DNA of 63,991 nucleotides, filler included, from Perkinsus olseni (lineage: Eukaryota): NCBI GenBank assembly GCA_013115125.1. It is 3 parts of 3 records of this genome, joined end to end, with 100 filler letters (N's around TTAATTAATTAA, not from the genome) between each part and the next. Parts side by side here need not be neighbours in the genome. Positions count along the whole stretch, not along the records: positions 1 to 22,790 come from JABANN010000530.1; positions 22,891 to 45,645 come from JABANN010000531.1; 1 more part is not named here. The stretch is one strand, 5' to 3'. Shown piece after piece: positions 13,701-26,656 of the stretch. Every line of letters begins with the position of its first letter. The stretch's first letter is position 1. The position numbers and the translations under genes were made by a program. A model generated the notes under the pieces. The model saw only the letters and a list, made by a program, of their open reading frames with translations, was not told the origin of the DNA and made no database searches.

Positions 13701-14537
13701 CATCAGTCATCGTTCTATAGGTCGTCGTCCAAGGGGAAGTGTTCCGATGCCATCGATTCGTCCTCGCAGCCCGGTGTCAGTATTTTGCCATGTTGATGCA
13801 ATCAGGAATGAGCGAGTCGCAAGAGAATCGCCTGGTGGGCCACCTCACAACACTGGAGACGTTTTGAGCCTCTTTCTGACAGGTCTTACCCGACGAAGCC
13901 ACCTCCATGACAGCCACGGGGTTTGGCACTTTCCTCGAATACGTTTACACGGGCACCACTACCATGGTCCCCCAGACAGCAATGTACCCGGCCGAGCCCA
14001 AGTGGAAAAGCCACGGTTGGCGGCCTTGCCAGGTACCTGATAGACGCCTCTGACTTCTACCAGCTCACCAATTCCCGACTGCGATACTTCTGCGAGGTGG
14101 CCCTGAAACAGTCCTTCAATGAAAGGGACGTGCTAGGTAGTCGTCCCCGTCGGCGTCGGTGATGCCTCTTCGCACTGGCAGATGTATTCGAAGCCTCAGC
14201 AGCACTCAACGTGGGCCCGGTACGGAGGATGGCCTTGGACTTCATCGCTGAGCACTTCACTGCCGTTGGTGAGTCATCCTCCTCGTTGTTGCTGATCTGC
14301 CAAAGTCAGGCCGACAAGAGAAGCTGGCCACTTTAGACAAGGCGCTGCTTCTGGAGATACTGCGCTACTTGGCGGAGCATCAGACGAATAACGCCGGTGA
14401 GCAACAAGTCCATCTCGAAGCTCCTCCGGGTGCCCTCGCCTGCGGCCGACTGTTGACGTTTCCTGCTAGGTGCGTCGGGGCGAAGGAACCCCATCTTAGC
14501 TCAAGATGTGGAGCCCGTCATACAAAGCCTCGGCTGA
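10799..14537 (+). CDS. Kelch-repeat + tandem BTB/BACK protein, LZTR1-like CUL3 substrate adaptor
   Basis: Six Kelch repeats (PRIRSGHT..YVFGGFDG; PSGRASHT..FIFGGSG; PTARYGQC..YIWGGTHG; PSGRYRHQ..YVLGGSG; GRYAHAA..LVYGGNDG; PPGRDFHAA..VIFGGSSG). Then BTB1 (TLSSDL..RSVLKIRCPLL..LLYFIHTD) and BTB2 (STLQYDMQRLL..DFEVVVQGEVFRCHRFVLAARCQYFAMLMQSGMSESQ..FLEYVYTG). Confidence 0.85.
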
Positions 14538-14783
14538 TCATACTTGTCAAGCCTCTCCGCAATCTGCTAGCACATTTCATTTTATGTTTCAAAGGGGCCC
14601 GCTGCGGAAGTTCTTGCGTTAACCTGGGGATGCTTCTTCTGCTGCCCGATGGACTGCGGGGACTTCTGATGCACGGATCGTCACATGCACACCGCGGAGT
14701 GCAGGGTCCGGCTGGCATCAGGCAGACCACGATAACGTCATAGTGTGACTGCTTAGTGGCGTGGCGGTACCTCGTCCCGCAGG

Positions 14784-17700
14784 ATGGCCCCTCCACCTCT
14801 TCCCCAGGCCGTTCTGATAAAACATAAGAAAGAGCTACAGGCCTCCCTCCCTGCCAAGGCTGGGGTCGAGCAATCGAGGTATCTTGTTCATCAACTCTTC
14901 CCCCTCGTGCAGAAGATAGTGGCTGATTGCCTTGAAGACATGCCTGATGATGACCATCTTGTACGGTGGATGATAGCATGGCTCGAGGTCAGGATGACTC
15001 GTCCATTCTGATCACATCGCCTTCGCTGCGGCTTATCCGAAACAGCTATGCCCGTTCCATGCTTCAATCCCTGTATCGGTTCACCCATTCTCTCCCGTTT
15101 CAGCTCGAGAGTCGTCGGCGAGCTCAGTCACGCATCACAGCCACGCATGAATCGAAGCTCCTGGTGGAAAGAGGCCAAGAGGTGGAACTGCGAGCAATGT
15201 CTCGTCCGTCGTGGGCCTTCTGCCATCGCTCACCGAAAGACTCTCCTACCGGTAACGCTGAGTTAGTTGAACGAGTCCCTTTGCCGTTGGTTGCCGGAGA
15301 GGCCGCACAAGGGCTTTGGAGGAGAAGTTTCATAGTCAACCCCGATGGCAGTATTAAGCAGCAGACGTCCAAGTTGTGGTATGAGAAAATGTGGGAGCGA
15401 CAGCCCGATGGACCTCTAGGGCCGTATCGGCGTCCGACAAGGCACGTATCTGAACCTAACACGGGCATAGTTCAAGCCATGACAGCTGTGAGCGACCGCA
15501 TAGCCAATCTTATGACCAATGGCAAGGAGCGTGTTAAGAGAGCTCCTGATTGGTGGCGAGGAAGCTTCTTCGTGCGGAGGTTCAGTTCGAGCCTTTCGTC
15601 TCGGTCCGAAGAGCCTGAGGATTCGGGCAGGCCTGAGCGTGCGCAGATGCCTGCATTCTATTCTACGGTTGGCATACGGCGCCTGTCGCACGAGAGCTTG
15701 ACCCGGCATGATGAGTTCGTTGGTGGCCGTGGGGTATGGGTTGCTGAGGCCTCTGATGTCATTGATAGTCTCGGCATGAGTTCCTCACGGAAGAGCGACA
15801 CCAGCAGCCTCCGAGTGGAGGACGGCAGCCGGGAGCGGTTCTCTGGTAGTCACGCCAGCAGCCAGTCCGGGCGCCAGGGGCACATGAATGAACATCAGAC
15901 CATCTTCGAGCCCCCGTCTACCGCGGAGGAGAGTGAAGCAGCGCTGCCCGGAGTGGTGGTCACTTCCACTTCGTCTCTACCGAATCTCAGGACATATATT
16001 CAGCATGACCTGAGTAGGTGGACATCGACGCCGAGTGCTACTCGACAGCAGAGGAACCGCTCGACGGAAGCCGGTCAGCGTGTTGTACTGTAGATCCCAG
16101 CCTGTTCAAATCGGTGCGGTCAAAGAAGGATGCCCTCGACAAGGCCATGTCCGTAATTGCTAGTGGCACCGCCAGCTCTAGTGGGTAGCAGATTTGTCCC
16201 AGGGAGTTCGGGGCGTGTAAATTTTCGTCGAAATTTTTATGAACACCCGCATCCCCCTCGCCATGACCGTCGTTGTTAGGCATATCCCCGTCATGGCGTT
16301 TCCATGTGCACTTGTACCGAGGGAATCTAGTTGTTTCCAATCCAAGTGGGCCGGTCGTCTCCACGGGAGACAATTTCTCTTGAGCTTCGAGCTACTTCAT
16401 GGCTGCCAAGACGATGTCTACCGACAGCACAGCCAGGCAGAAGGCATGCCCTGAGGGGCAGCTAGCGATTCGCGACCGTCTCAAGGACTTGATTCGGCAC
16501 AGCGATTTCGCATGTTTCCGCTTCGAGTGGAGTCGCGTACCCTTGGGGACCCTGGATGGAGCAGAGGACCTAGCAATGCGAGTCTATGTCTCTTCCCTCA
16601 CCTCGCAATACCCTGACAGGTATATTTTTCGAGAGATAGTCAATGGCTTTGACTCCAAGCTGAACAGGGTCCTATGCACAGGTCAGGTGGAATGCCAAGA
16701 CGAGAAGAGTGAAAGCTCTTATTGTCCTCTTCAGGGTACATGCTCGACATCAATGCCAGGGATGCCCACACAACGCCTGTTTCCTCGAATGCCTCCTTGT
16801 TGCCTGGAAAATCGGGTCTGGTGGGATCCTCGAATGTGGCTATTTATCCGTCACTGCGCCCCTCTCAGGTTCTCTCTGAGCTTCGATCTCTGCTTTCAAT
16901 GTGCAAACTCGTCCGGAATGACCAACGGCTGCGCATCGAAGCACAGGAGGCCAACATCAGTCCGCTCTCGAGGACGCTGCAGCACGAACCGTAAGGCAGC
17001 TCGGAGGCGCCTCCTTCGGCCGTCGTTCCGCGGTCAACAGCTAAGGACCGATCGCAGTCTTCTTCAGTTATTACTACCGCACGATTGTGAGGTCCCTATT
17101 CGAAGACTATCCCTACTCGGAGGTAGGATGCGAATTCTTTCTGATGGCGGAACGAATGTTGAGGATCTATCACACTTTCTTTGGCGCCCTGTCGAAGTCC
17201 ACTGTTCTCGATGATAGTGGACATCATCACCCCTTGACTTCCTTCCTACTTTTGCCTCCACTCTGTCGTCCCTTTCTTTTTGGGAGTGCTGCGTCTATGT
17301 ATTGCGTGCCGGATGGGATGTGCCTGCCTGCGTTCCTTGGCATGGCCCCAACGGTGGTCGCAGCATCTCTCAGGTGGGCTCATCATCAAGGCGCCCCAAG
17401 CGACGAGAGGCCATTAACCCAGTCGACGCCAGAGAGATCGTCGCCCTGCTACTAACAGGCGGTTCCGATCGTGAATCGTCGAACGTTCAGTTCATGTACG
17501 GTCGCCCCCGCTAGGGCGACGTCAGGGTTCTATCCTCTCGTGTTAGATACCAGCTGCTACCTGTGGTGGCGGACATGGTCGAGCTCGTTGGTCCTCTGCA
17601 GGCTCTCTCCTCCAGGCTAACGTCTGCCGCTGCCTCATGCAGCTCCGCAGAGCAGCTGATGCACGCAAGCTTCGTATTCGATTGCCCGAAGCTCTTCCGG

Positions 17701-18285
17701 TGAGACGACTCCGGGGGAACTGGCTGTCCCACCGCTGTAGCAGGTTCATATGCATGCACGCCACAACACCGATGTCCCGCGGTGTCGATGGAGGCCTCTT
17801 CGACTGGCCTAGTCTCCTGTATGCCCTTTGGGAGCAGCCAGAATCGGACCCGTACCTTTCACCGCTACTCACTCGAATGTGCCGAGGAGAGCTTGCTGCT
17901 AGTGTGACTGAGAAGATGTAAGTGATTTGCTTTGGCCATCTCCGTCACATAGCAAGTTGTAGTCTACGCCTACGAGTGCATTCACCCGCCCATGATTAGA
18001 CCGGCCAGCGTCAGCGACTCCTTCCTCATCGACGCGGACGAGCATCGCAATGCCGCATCGCTCCGGTACATTGGCCCCGCCTCTCTAGACCGTATCCGAA
18101 CGCTCTTCGGTGAGCGCACGGCGGCCTTATTGGGTCGGAAAAAGGTTCTCGTGGATCGGAGTCCTGAAGGGAGAGGAGTGGTGAGTCCATCAGCTTGTTT
18201 TCAACTTCGGCACGATCCAACCTCAGATGCTAACATGTATGTTCCAAGAGCACTCAAGAAGCGCTCCCCAGTCGCGTTAATATGA
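14784..18285 (+). CDS. large hypothetical protein with an N-terminal DPY-30/RIIa-like docking motif (multi-exon)
   Basis: First exon contains SRYLVHQLFPLVQKIVADCLEDMPDDDHLVRWMIAWLE (YL-x3-hxP-hh-x-h-x-h-x3-P-D-D-hh-x-W/F-h-x-x-W-L pattern). A long Ser/Arg-rich exon follows (ORF 14966-16093), then many short exons. Confidence 0.5.
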
Positions 18286-18599
18286 TATATTACTCATGCT
18301 AAGCTAGCACTGTTCGGTGTTGCCCATCGACCCACGGCTGAATTGCGTTCCGCCAGGTCAGAATCTCAGTTGTGGGATTCCGAAGGTCGCCGAGACAAGA
18401 GCTCAGTGCGAACTCCTCGTACCAAGTGGGCAGACTGTCATCCCGCCAGCGTCACGATTTCAAGCCGCGTCCACGGCCTTGCCCACTTCAAGACCACGTG
18501 GGAGCTGTCTAGACGTCATCTCATTTCTGTTGAGGAGACCACGACTGAGGCAATGCTTCCGTGTAAGTAGCGCCTGATGTCTATCAACCCACGATGACC

Positions 18600-20260
18600 G
18601 TACCGTAACCTCTTGACTACCAATGGGCCTCCTCGACTACCTACCATTCACCTCTCATATCCAACCGGCTGTGCCCTCCCTGAAAGATCTTGAGAAAGTA
18701 GGCTCCTCTGATCGCGATAGTATGCAAAGAAAGCGCTCTTGCCCAGTTGGTCGCGGTCGAAGCGGAAGCTGTGGTCGACGGTCACCCCACTGTTACTCCA
18801 CAGGAAGTACCGGGTCGGTGACACTCCTTCAGGCCCCTGTCACGCAGGGCCACTGCTCACAATTCACTACCACTAACAGGGATCTAGAGCAATCTGTATC
18901 CTATGTGTGACACGTAATGTGTCGTTTTGCTCGTGATAAAGATACATCTCACAGAATCGTCAAAATCGAGATTCGTCGACTCTGATTCGACCATCAGATT
19001 CATCTCGTCTCCCCTGCCCTCTTCGCAGGTTAGGTCACTGGATTTCCTATCGAAACTGGCATGGGGCGAGCCAGTGCATCTCCGTCAGTCGGATCTAGTC
19101 TATAACGATTTGCCCACGTGAGTCTGAGGTGCTCGGCTCCAGGCTCATTTGCGATGGCGCTCTGCCGCCAGAATCGACCAAATCGGCCCTCTCAAGAACG
19201 TCAAAGTTGTCCCCTTACCGGAGCCACATGGACCAGCCAATTGGTGGATCGGTGGGGTGAATATCATGCGCCGTAAGACAGTCACTCTCCGCATGCCTGT
19301 GTGCTCGACGGTCGAGAACCATCAGCGCGATGAAACTTCTCAGATGGTCCAGCCGACAACCTTAGGGTTAAGATAGAGGAAGATCTCTGCGGGGACGGGT
19401 CTCGGGTTGGACTGCTGCGACGGCTATGCATTGGACAGAACCCTGATGCCTCGCTCAGTCACCACACTGTCACGGCTCTCTACACGGACTGCGCATTGGG
19501 GACCTCAATGGCTTTACGTGTAGGGTTGCGTAGCGATTTGATACGTATATGGGGCTCCGAGCAGCAGTTCTCGCTCAATCGAGGAGACCCTCAAGCGAGT
19601 TCATCGGTTGTCCTGATGGGCCGTAAGGGCCTCTACTGAACAGTACCATCGCGTTTGAATCGGCGTAGTGATATGAAGCAGCAGTAGAGGGAGATACTCA
19701 GCTCGTACGTGCTATGCAGGCATTGTATAATCGTTACCGTGGGGGGGGGCTCTAACTCACTCCAACTCTGCCGCTCGTTGCTAGTGAGGACCGTTTGGAT
19801 GACGTCCCAATCGCTGCGCTCTTGTTAGCGCTGTGAACCTTGAATGTAGCTCCAACGGCCCTCAGGTGCTCACATATCAGCCGATCATCCGCATGACCAC
19901 CCACCAGACTTTCCGACCATCACCTTCCCTCAACCAACGGGGAGAGTACATGTCACCCTCACAGCGTCTGGACAGAAGTTTTGGGATGCCACGTGGGTTG
20001 GGGTCTCCAGTAGCCCGTAGCTCCACCGCATTCGATGTCTGCTTGAGAAGTGTATCCTTACTCAACACCCGCCCTCTGTTCAGCTATGACCTTCACGGCG
20101 GCACACGACTCTCCCCTGAACTCGTTCTTCCACCGGACAGGCCATTCCGTCCACCTCATCCAGGTAGAGGGTTCAGAGACTCTTTCCTTAGGAGGGTCAT
20201 AAACTAGCTCAGAAACATCGACGTTTTGTCGGAGTTGTGGTATGGGAAGAAGTTACAGGA
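18600..20260 (+). mobile_element. highly decayed LTR-retrotransposon pol remnants (RT/integrase fragments)
   Basis: Scattered motif-like fragments: PMGLLDYLPF (cf. TPxGLYEYxxMPF) near 18620, RIDQIGPL (integrase DxxGP) near 19170, and SLLNTRPLFSYDLHGGTRLSPE (cf. BEL/Pao integrase xLNSRPL...LTP) near 20055. Many stops and no splice pattern. Confidence 0.3.
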
Positions 20261-22790
20261 CATCGCCTTTGCAGTGTTTTCTCTCGATTTGCTATCAAGA
20301 ACTATGGTGGTTAGTAGCTGAACGTTGCCGCAGGTGACCCTCCGAGAGTGACTCTGATCAGCACCCAGAGCCCCGTGCCGAAGATGTTCCCACTTTGCGC
20401 CCCTGACCACGGCCGCTTCCGTTACCAACTTAAAATACACGGAGAAAGGTTCTTATTCTCAGTCCACAACTCTGTCGCAACTCGTACGAAAGGTACCAAC
20501 CTTTGGAGGTGAAAACTCTGTGGCCTATATATCCCAGTAAGGGAAGCTACAGGTAGCCAACGCAACAAGCGCCTTCCGCGGTGTATTCCTGAACATAGTG
20601 CGGTGGGTTCCGGCTCCGACGAGAAGCCCTCCTATTCCGTGTGCGGCAAAGACAACTTAGCTGAGACCTGCCCATTCATGCATCAAGGAGGGATATCAAA
20701 TTTTGAGAAGTTAGTCACAGTGAAGGCATCCAGTGAAATTACGACTTTTCCGTTATCCAGGCACATGATGACGCAGATAGAGCCGCGCATCGATGCTGTC
20801 GTCCACAGGGTAGAGGAACTGGAGTGAAGCGGGGCAATATCCGTCGCCACGCAGGTTACTATCAACACCAGCAAAGTCAACCGGTGGCAGAAGTTCCATC
20901 CCACCAACCGAGGACCGCACTTCGGGAAGGTCCATCTCCCGAAGGCCTACCAAGATGCCATTGACAGGCTTGATCGTGAGTGCGCGAGTCATCAGTCGAT
21001 CAATTTTGAAATCATTCACATCGATCTGCGTGATAGATACCAGGCGGCCAGCGATGACGTCCAATCCGTACGGTATCCCTATGTACAAGCTACGGCCCGG
21101 GCCAGACCGATTGCATAGCACGGCTAATCACCATCACAATGAGCACAGTCTCCGCGTGCAGGACCCAGACTCTGAAAGCTTTCCCGAAAGCTTCCGAGAT
21201 GTGTTGAAGAGAAGGGACAACTGGGAAGAAGTAGACTGGTGTCTCTCAGGGCTAAGGCCCTTAGCCTAAGGGCAATAGAATGCTCGACAGTCCAACCCAC
21301 CGGTGCTCAGGTCCGCGTCAGTGCCCTTCACAATGGCAAGATGGGACTATTTGACGCTCGCCATCCGCCTAAAAACCCAGAGGCCGTGGACTCGGAAGCG
21401 TAAGCGCCCTTTTCGACTATGCCTTAAAGCTCACTGTCAGTTACTCGGAGAGTCACCCTCTGTATGATCGGGCTCATATGTCTCCCGAGCTCCGCCATCC
21501 TGTTCACGAATATGAAGGCTTCCACGATCACATAAGATTCTTGTAAGGTTCCACTAGCTGCTAGCTAGATTTCGCTGCGACTGAAAAAGGCACCCTTCGA
21601 TCGAGTTCCGCCACTGGGTGCACTTCGCTAAAGTCAAGCTGGTCGACCTTCAGACGCAGCACACTCTTTGGGACAAGCTTTACGAGGTGAGATGAAGGAA
21701 GACGGGAATCTTCCACTTATGCCGTCAGGTGCACGGCCACAAGATAGCGGCAGATCAAAGGGATATCGGTGGCCCGGTAGAGTTCAAAGGCCTGAACCCT
21801 CGTCTGGGGAAGCTGGACCTGTGAGTGTCTATGAACCGGCCTGTTCACACACTACGACCTATAACACAATCGCTGTGCTCAAAGACAAGTTTCCCGACAG
21901 GTTCAAGCTGACTGTCGATGCCGATAATCCTCACATTCTCCCCAAGTTCGACACAAAACCGACGTCATCTTTGAGTGATGAGGAGTAGTCGTCGGCTGAT
22001 AGGCAATGCACGCCGCCTCAGATGACGTCCATCAACAGGAGATACGCGGACTGACGACCCGCTTGGATCGGTATATTGCGAATCCACCACAATCTCATAG
22101 CCACGCTGAGGAGCCGAAAGCAGTACACAGAGCCCGCACGCCGCTATACGCTCGTAACTTCCCCTGTACTGACGCTAGAGAAGTACTCGTTTCCCAGGAG
22201 AAGGTGTGAACTCGGCCCGGCTGTTCGATTATTGGCGGAAGCAGGAGTTTCTTTTCGGTGCTGCTCGGCCGGTGAGGATCAGGATCTTTCAAGATTCTAT
22301 TTCCGTATATGTGAGCACCTACGGCTATCTTCCCTCAGCTCGTCCGTGGGCCAGCGTCCGTCGAAGTCGTCGACGGGGCGCCCGCCGGAGCGAATCCTCA
22401 TGGCGATACTGAGGCTGTCATGATGCAACCGGAGCCGGTGAAACTTCAGACGCTGCGCACACTTGCTGGCTCGCGTGTACTGTCAGGTACATGACAGTGG
22501 CAGGATGGTATGGAAGGCCGAGTAGCGTGCATGAACCTCCAAGCCTTGCCAATGAATTCTTTCATGTCACAGAGCGTCGAGTTGGGCATATAATTTAGTA
22601 GCGTTAGCGACACTCATCACGCGTATGCGGGAACTATACTGGCTAACCCATCATCGCGATACCTCTCCTGCTCGTGCCAAGCAGAATCGAGCCGATCGAT
22701 ACAATTGATGCAGCCGTCTGTGAGAGAACGATACTAAAGCAATTGTATTGTGTGCGGTTCTGTCTCTCTGTGTGGCTCTGTCTGCCGTAT

Positions 22791-22890
22791 NNNNNNNNNN
22801 NNNNNNNNNNNNNNNNNNNNNNNNNNNNNNNNNNTTAATTAATTAANNNNNNNNNNNNNNNNNNNNNNNNNNNNNNNNNNNNNNNNNNNN
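22791..22890. other. artificial contig-join spacer (44 N + TTAATTAATTAA + 44 N)
   Basis: Seen directly: exactly 100 bp, and the 12-mer places stop codons in all six frames. Confidence 0.97.
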
Positions 22891-23735
22891 CATCGCTGTT
22901 CAGGTGCAGCACGGCATGCGTACAATAGGCATGGTGCTGTCGCGTTCAACATGGGCGGTTCGGAAAACACACCCTTTCGCTGACAGTCGAAGGCCTTGGC
23001 TAAAAGTACAGCATTCCTGGCCTGACGCTGTCAGCAGGGTGCGGAACTCGGTACAGTCGGGAGTTTCCGTGTCCGAGTTCTGTGGGCGCCGCCCACTGGG
23101 CGGTATGCCAACAGCGGTATAGTAAGCCAAACTCCTTCACCGAATCAACTACTCAACTCTAGGTAACAAACAATTTACTGTTATACACTGGTGATCTGTT
23201 AACATAGACCCCCAAGCCCAGAGGGGCTACCAACTTAGTAGTACCAAGGAAGCCGTCGATGTCCGTTCTCAGCGTTATCACCGAAGCGTACGTCACGGAA
23301 GAGCGCTGTGCATGGGGCAGCTGCTTTAGGGACATCGGCGGCGGGTGAATGTGCGATCGCGTGCAACGATACTTTAATTACTGCACTTGCCGGGAAATAC
23401 GGGTAGACATTTCGACAACAAGTTGACTTTTTTATGACCAATATTGGCAGTCTGAGGGACTGCCAGTGATACTTATCAACTATAGGAATCACGCGAGAGA
23501 GGTGACCACTATAAATCCGATGTCTTACATTGTCGACGGTTACCCCAAACTACCGAAAACTTGATTGTCGTCAGATTGATCTGGCCCATCAGTCCACTGA
23601 CTGAACTCGTACCCAGCGCGTGTGACCTCAACGCTGATTAGCTAGGTAGTGCCGCCTATGATACATGATCTGTGTTATAGGCAGATATATAATACAGATC
23701 CGACTCGGATGCATGTGTCACATGCCATGTGAAAC

Positions 23736-24508
23736 TTAGGCTATGACGTATAGCAGATAATGCGCCGCATTCTTCGGCGCAAGCATGATCAGAATCGGGT
23801 GATTCAACATGATCAGCATGATCACCGCCCGCTGTGCGGGCGGTGATGATAATGAATTCATTTCTTCTTCCGACATCGTAGGATCAACAGGATCTGAGGC
23901 TGGTAGACCTAGTAGTTCAGCTGCATCCGGGGTAGAATCTGCACGTAGCCGAGCTTCATCCAGTCCCAGGAGCTGCTGAACACGTTGTGCAGCATCGAAC
24001 AAGCTCAGGGTAGCCGATTCATTACACAATACCCGTGCATAGTCGGGAGGTATACCAGCCAGGAATTTGTGAGTACATAACTCATCTCGTTCAGTAGGTT
24101 GCAAGCCTGGCATAAGATCAGATGCCATGTGCCTGAGCCGGGTAGCGAAATCCATAGGATGCTCCTTTGGGTGCATGATGCACCGTGCATCTTCTGATGA
24201 GTAAAAGATAGCCAAGTAGTTGCCGTTCTTGGTCTCAGAGCCTTAGTTAAGGCTTTTAACGCTTCTTCGAGCGTTGCTAGGGGTCCAGAACCTTCCAGCT
24301 CACGATAAATAGAATATGTAGTAGGCTCGAGATATAAGGGCAAAAGCTTCAATCCCTTAGCATCATCATAGTTATTGACCTTAAGGATAAGCTTGAAGCG
24401 TTCAGACCAAGTAATAAAGTCATCTCCAAATTTATAAGTAGGAGGATGAAGTACACCACGGGTTGAAGTTGACGAAGACATGACGGAGCTGCTACCAGAT
24501 GTAACCAA
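23736..24508 (-). pseudogene. Ty3/gypsy-like retrotransposon gag (capsid) remnant, frameshifted
   Basis: HPPTYKFGDDFITWSERFKLILKVNNYDDAKGLKLLPLYLEPTTYSIYREL...LEEALKALTKAL...QKMH/PKEHPMDFATRLRHMA...RDELCTHKFLAGIP is a typical retrotransposon gag pattern. The two ORFs fuse in frame when the 14-nt insertion at 24171-24184 is removed. Confidence 0.75.
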
Positions 24509-24829
24509 TGCAGACTCTGCGTCGCAGAGTAGGACGTCCGAGGAAATATATTATAGGAACGTATGGAATGTATATGTTAATGGGCAAAGATCACTCAAGC
24601 GATAATAGCATAGCTCAGGAATTGTTGGTAGGGACAGGACACAATTAGTCATGGAAATGGTCTGGCAATGAGACCACAATTGTCTACATTCTCTGCACCG
24701 GACGTGAGTTCAACTTACTCAGGGACGATTTGTCCCGGGCATCGGGGATTCCAGCCTAAAACCGGGATTTCAACATCCCACCTTCGGAGGTTCTCAGAGG
24801 TTCTCAGCCAGATTTTCGCTCGTATGCGT

Positions 24830-24915
24830 CAACACTGTACGTTACAGTGTTACAGTGTGACAGTGTGACCGTCACACTGTTACTAACAGTGTTACAGTCT
24901 GTAACACTGTTACAC
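24830..24915. repeat. nested direct and inverted repeats of ACAGTGT/ACACTGT
   Basis: gttacagtgttacagtgtgacagtgtgac-c-gtcacactgttac, and the perfect 14-bp inverted repeat taacagtgttacag-t-ctgtaacactgtta (24884-24912). Confidence 0.85.
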
Positions 24916-26656
24916 GAGGGACACAACAGTGGTAACCTCGCCGTTTCGCCACAACAGCGGAAAGACTAAAAATAGAAGTTGTGTCACGACGAATCAAAGT
25001 ATGTCGTCAGACCGCTTCGCTATATACCTGTTCGTTGTGCTATTCTTGGGCCAACCCTGACAAGAGCAGCCCACACCGGAGCGTTAGGTAACCCGACGCG
25101 AACCCGACAACACGTTTCATGCAGCAATAACGGGCGAGTGACATTCGAGCGTATTGTGTCAGTCAACTGGTTGGCGATCTCGACATGGGGCATCATGGGC
25201 CCACTAATATGGGATCATAAGTTATCTTAGCTCATGCAGTCATCGAAGATATATTCGAGCATTACAGTCGAGCCAGGCGGCAGATGCGCTCAGCAGGGTG
25301 GGATGGATTGTCATGGTATCACATTCCAACAGGAACCTCTAATTTTAGCTCCGCTACAATCGGGGACAGTATCTCCGGGACACGGGGTCCGGGGCACCTA
25401 GCTCTAGTGACACGGTGCGGTATACGCGCTGTGTAGCAGTGGTAGCAGTGCTGCTGCACTGCTGAAACAGAATGCACTACACGCAGTAAAGTGTTCACGG
25501 TCGCACATTCCAGAGCATCGAAGCGTGTTCTGTAGGTGACGTGACGCCTCCTCAAGTCACCTCTCAAGGGACACTTGGAGTGTCCCAAGGGTACAGTACC
25601 CTGGGTACTACCCTGCTGTCCCAGTGTCGACAAGTGGAGAGCTATAATCTATTTGTAGATTATAATGCATGGATGCCTACCGCCATGGGCGGGTTACAGC
25701 GGGTCTCCCTCACCGGGCTCTCCCACCTTGGCCTCAAATGAGTGTCGAGGAACAGCATCGATCGGTACAGCCCGTGTCTCGATGTACATAGTATTCACAC
25801 ATCTGCCATTACTGTCGAGTCGTCTGCACTAGAGTGACAACAAAGTGACGACTACAGTGTACGCTATGTAAGTTACTGTAGCTGGTACATGATGCGACAG
25901 CTACAGCCCGGTTCAGTACTGCTCAGCTGTTAGTTTTGCTACTACGTATCATCAGAATCAGATAACCGTCTGACCTTATTATGCGGTTATTATTGCACTC
26001 GCGTGCATGAGTACACGTTCTACACTAAGCCTAGCTTAGCTCAGTAAGCTGTAGATCACATTATTACTTAGCTCCCCTCAAGTCCAGTTCTACCTCTCTT
26101 TGAGCCCCGTCTCTAATAGCCACACTTCACTGAGTTATACTGCAGTAGTGATAGTAGTTCCTTGTTCTCGAAGACCATCCGAACTTGGACTTCTTGATAG
26201 TGCACGTCTCAGTCGTGAATCACGTCACGTCACGTCTGCTGTCCCTTAGTGCCATTCGCATATTTCTAGTACACATGTTTGCGATACCTAGGTATAACTG
26301 GTTGGGTGCCACGATTGAGTATCGATAGATCACTTTGGCAACCCTTCATCAATATCGTATATCAATCTCTTATTTCAATATCGTCAGGCTAGCTCCTCGT
26401 CTACGTATAGTTTGCGGAAATTCCGCTGCGGAATGATCGGTCCCTGTAGAGCTCAGCTAAACCGTTTAGCTTGACATTTAGCCGTATCAGTTAGCTGTTG
26501 AGCTTAGTCGGCGTCGGAGCCTTCGTCTCGATGCTCCGATTGCACACAATGCCTTGAAGCGGTCGTGCAGCCAAATGCACGATGATGAAGTAGACTAGTT
26601 AGTACGCCAACTCTCACACACCCTCGAGAAGGCTTCCTTCGGAGTTTCGTCTTTTA

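Noticed and set aside
20300-22790. Short plus-strand ORF fragments
   Set aside because: They look like decayed coding DNA but cannot be assigned to any family by eye.
22835-22846. TTAATTAATTAA as a biological site (PacI-like or piggyBac TTAA)
   Set aside because: Embedded symmetrically in N runs and repeated identically at 45690-45701, so it is an assembly linker.
24160-24215. Programmed ribosomal frameshift in gag
   Set aside because: No slippery heptamer, and the shift is fully explained by a 14-nt insertion scar.
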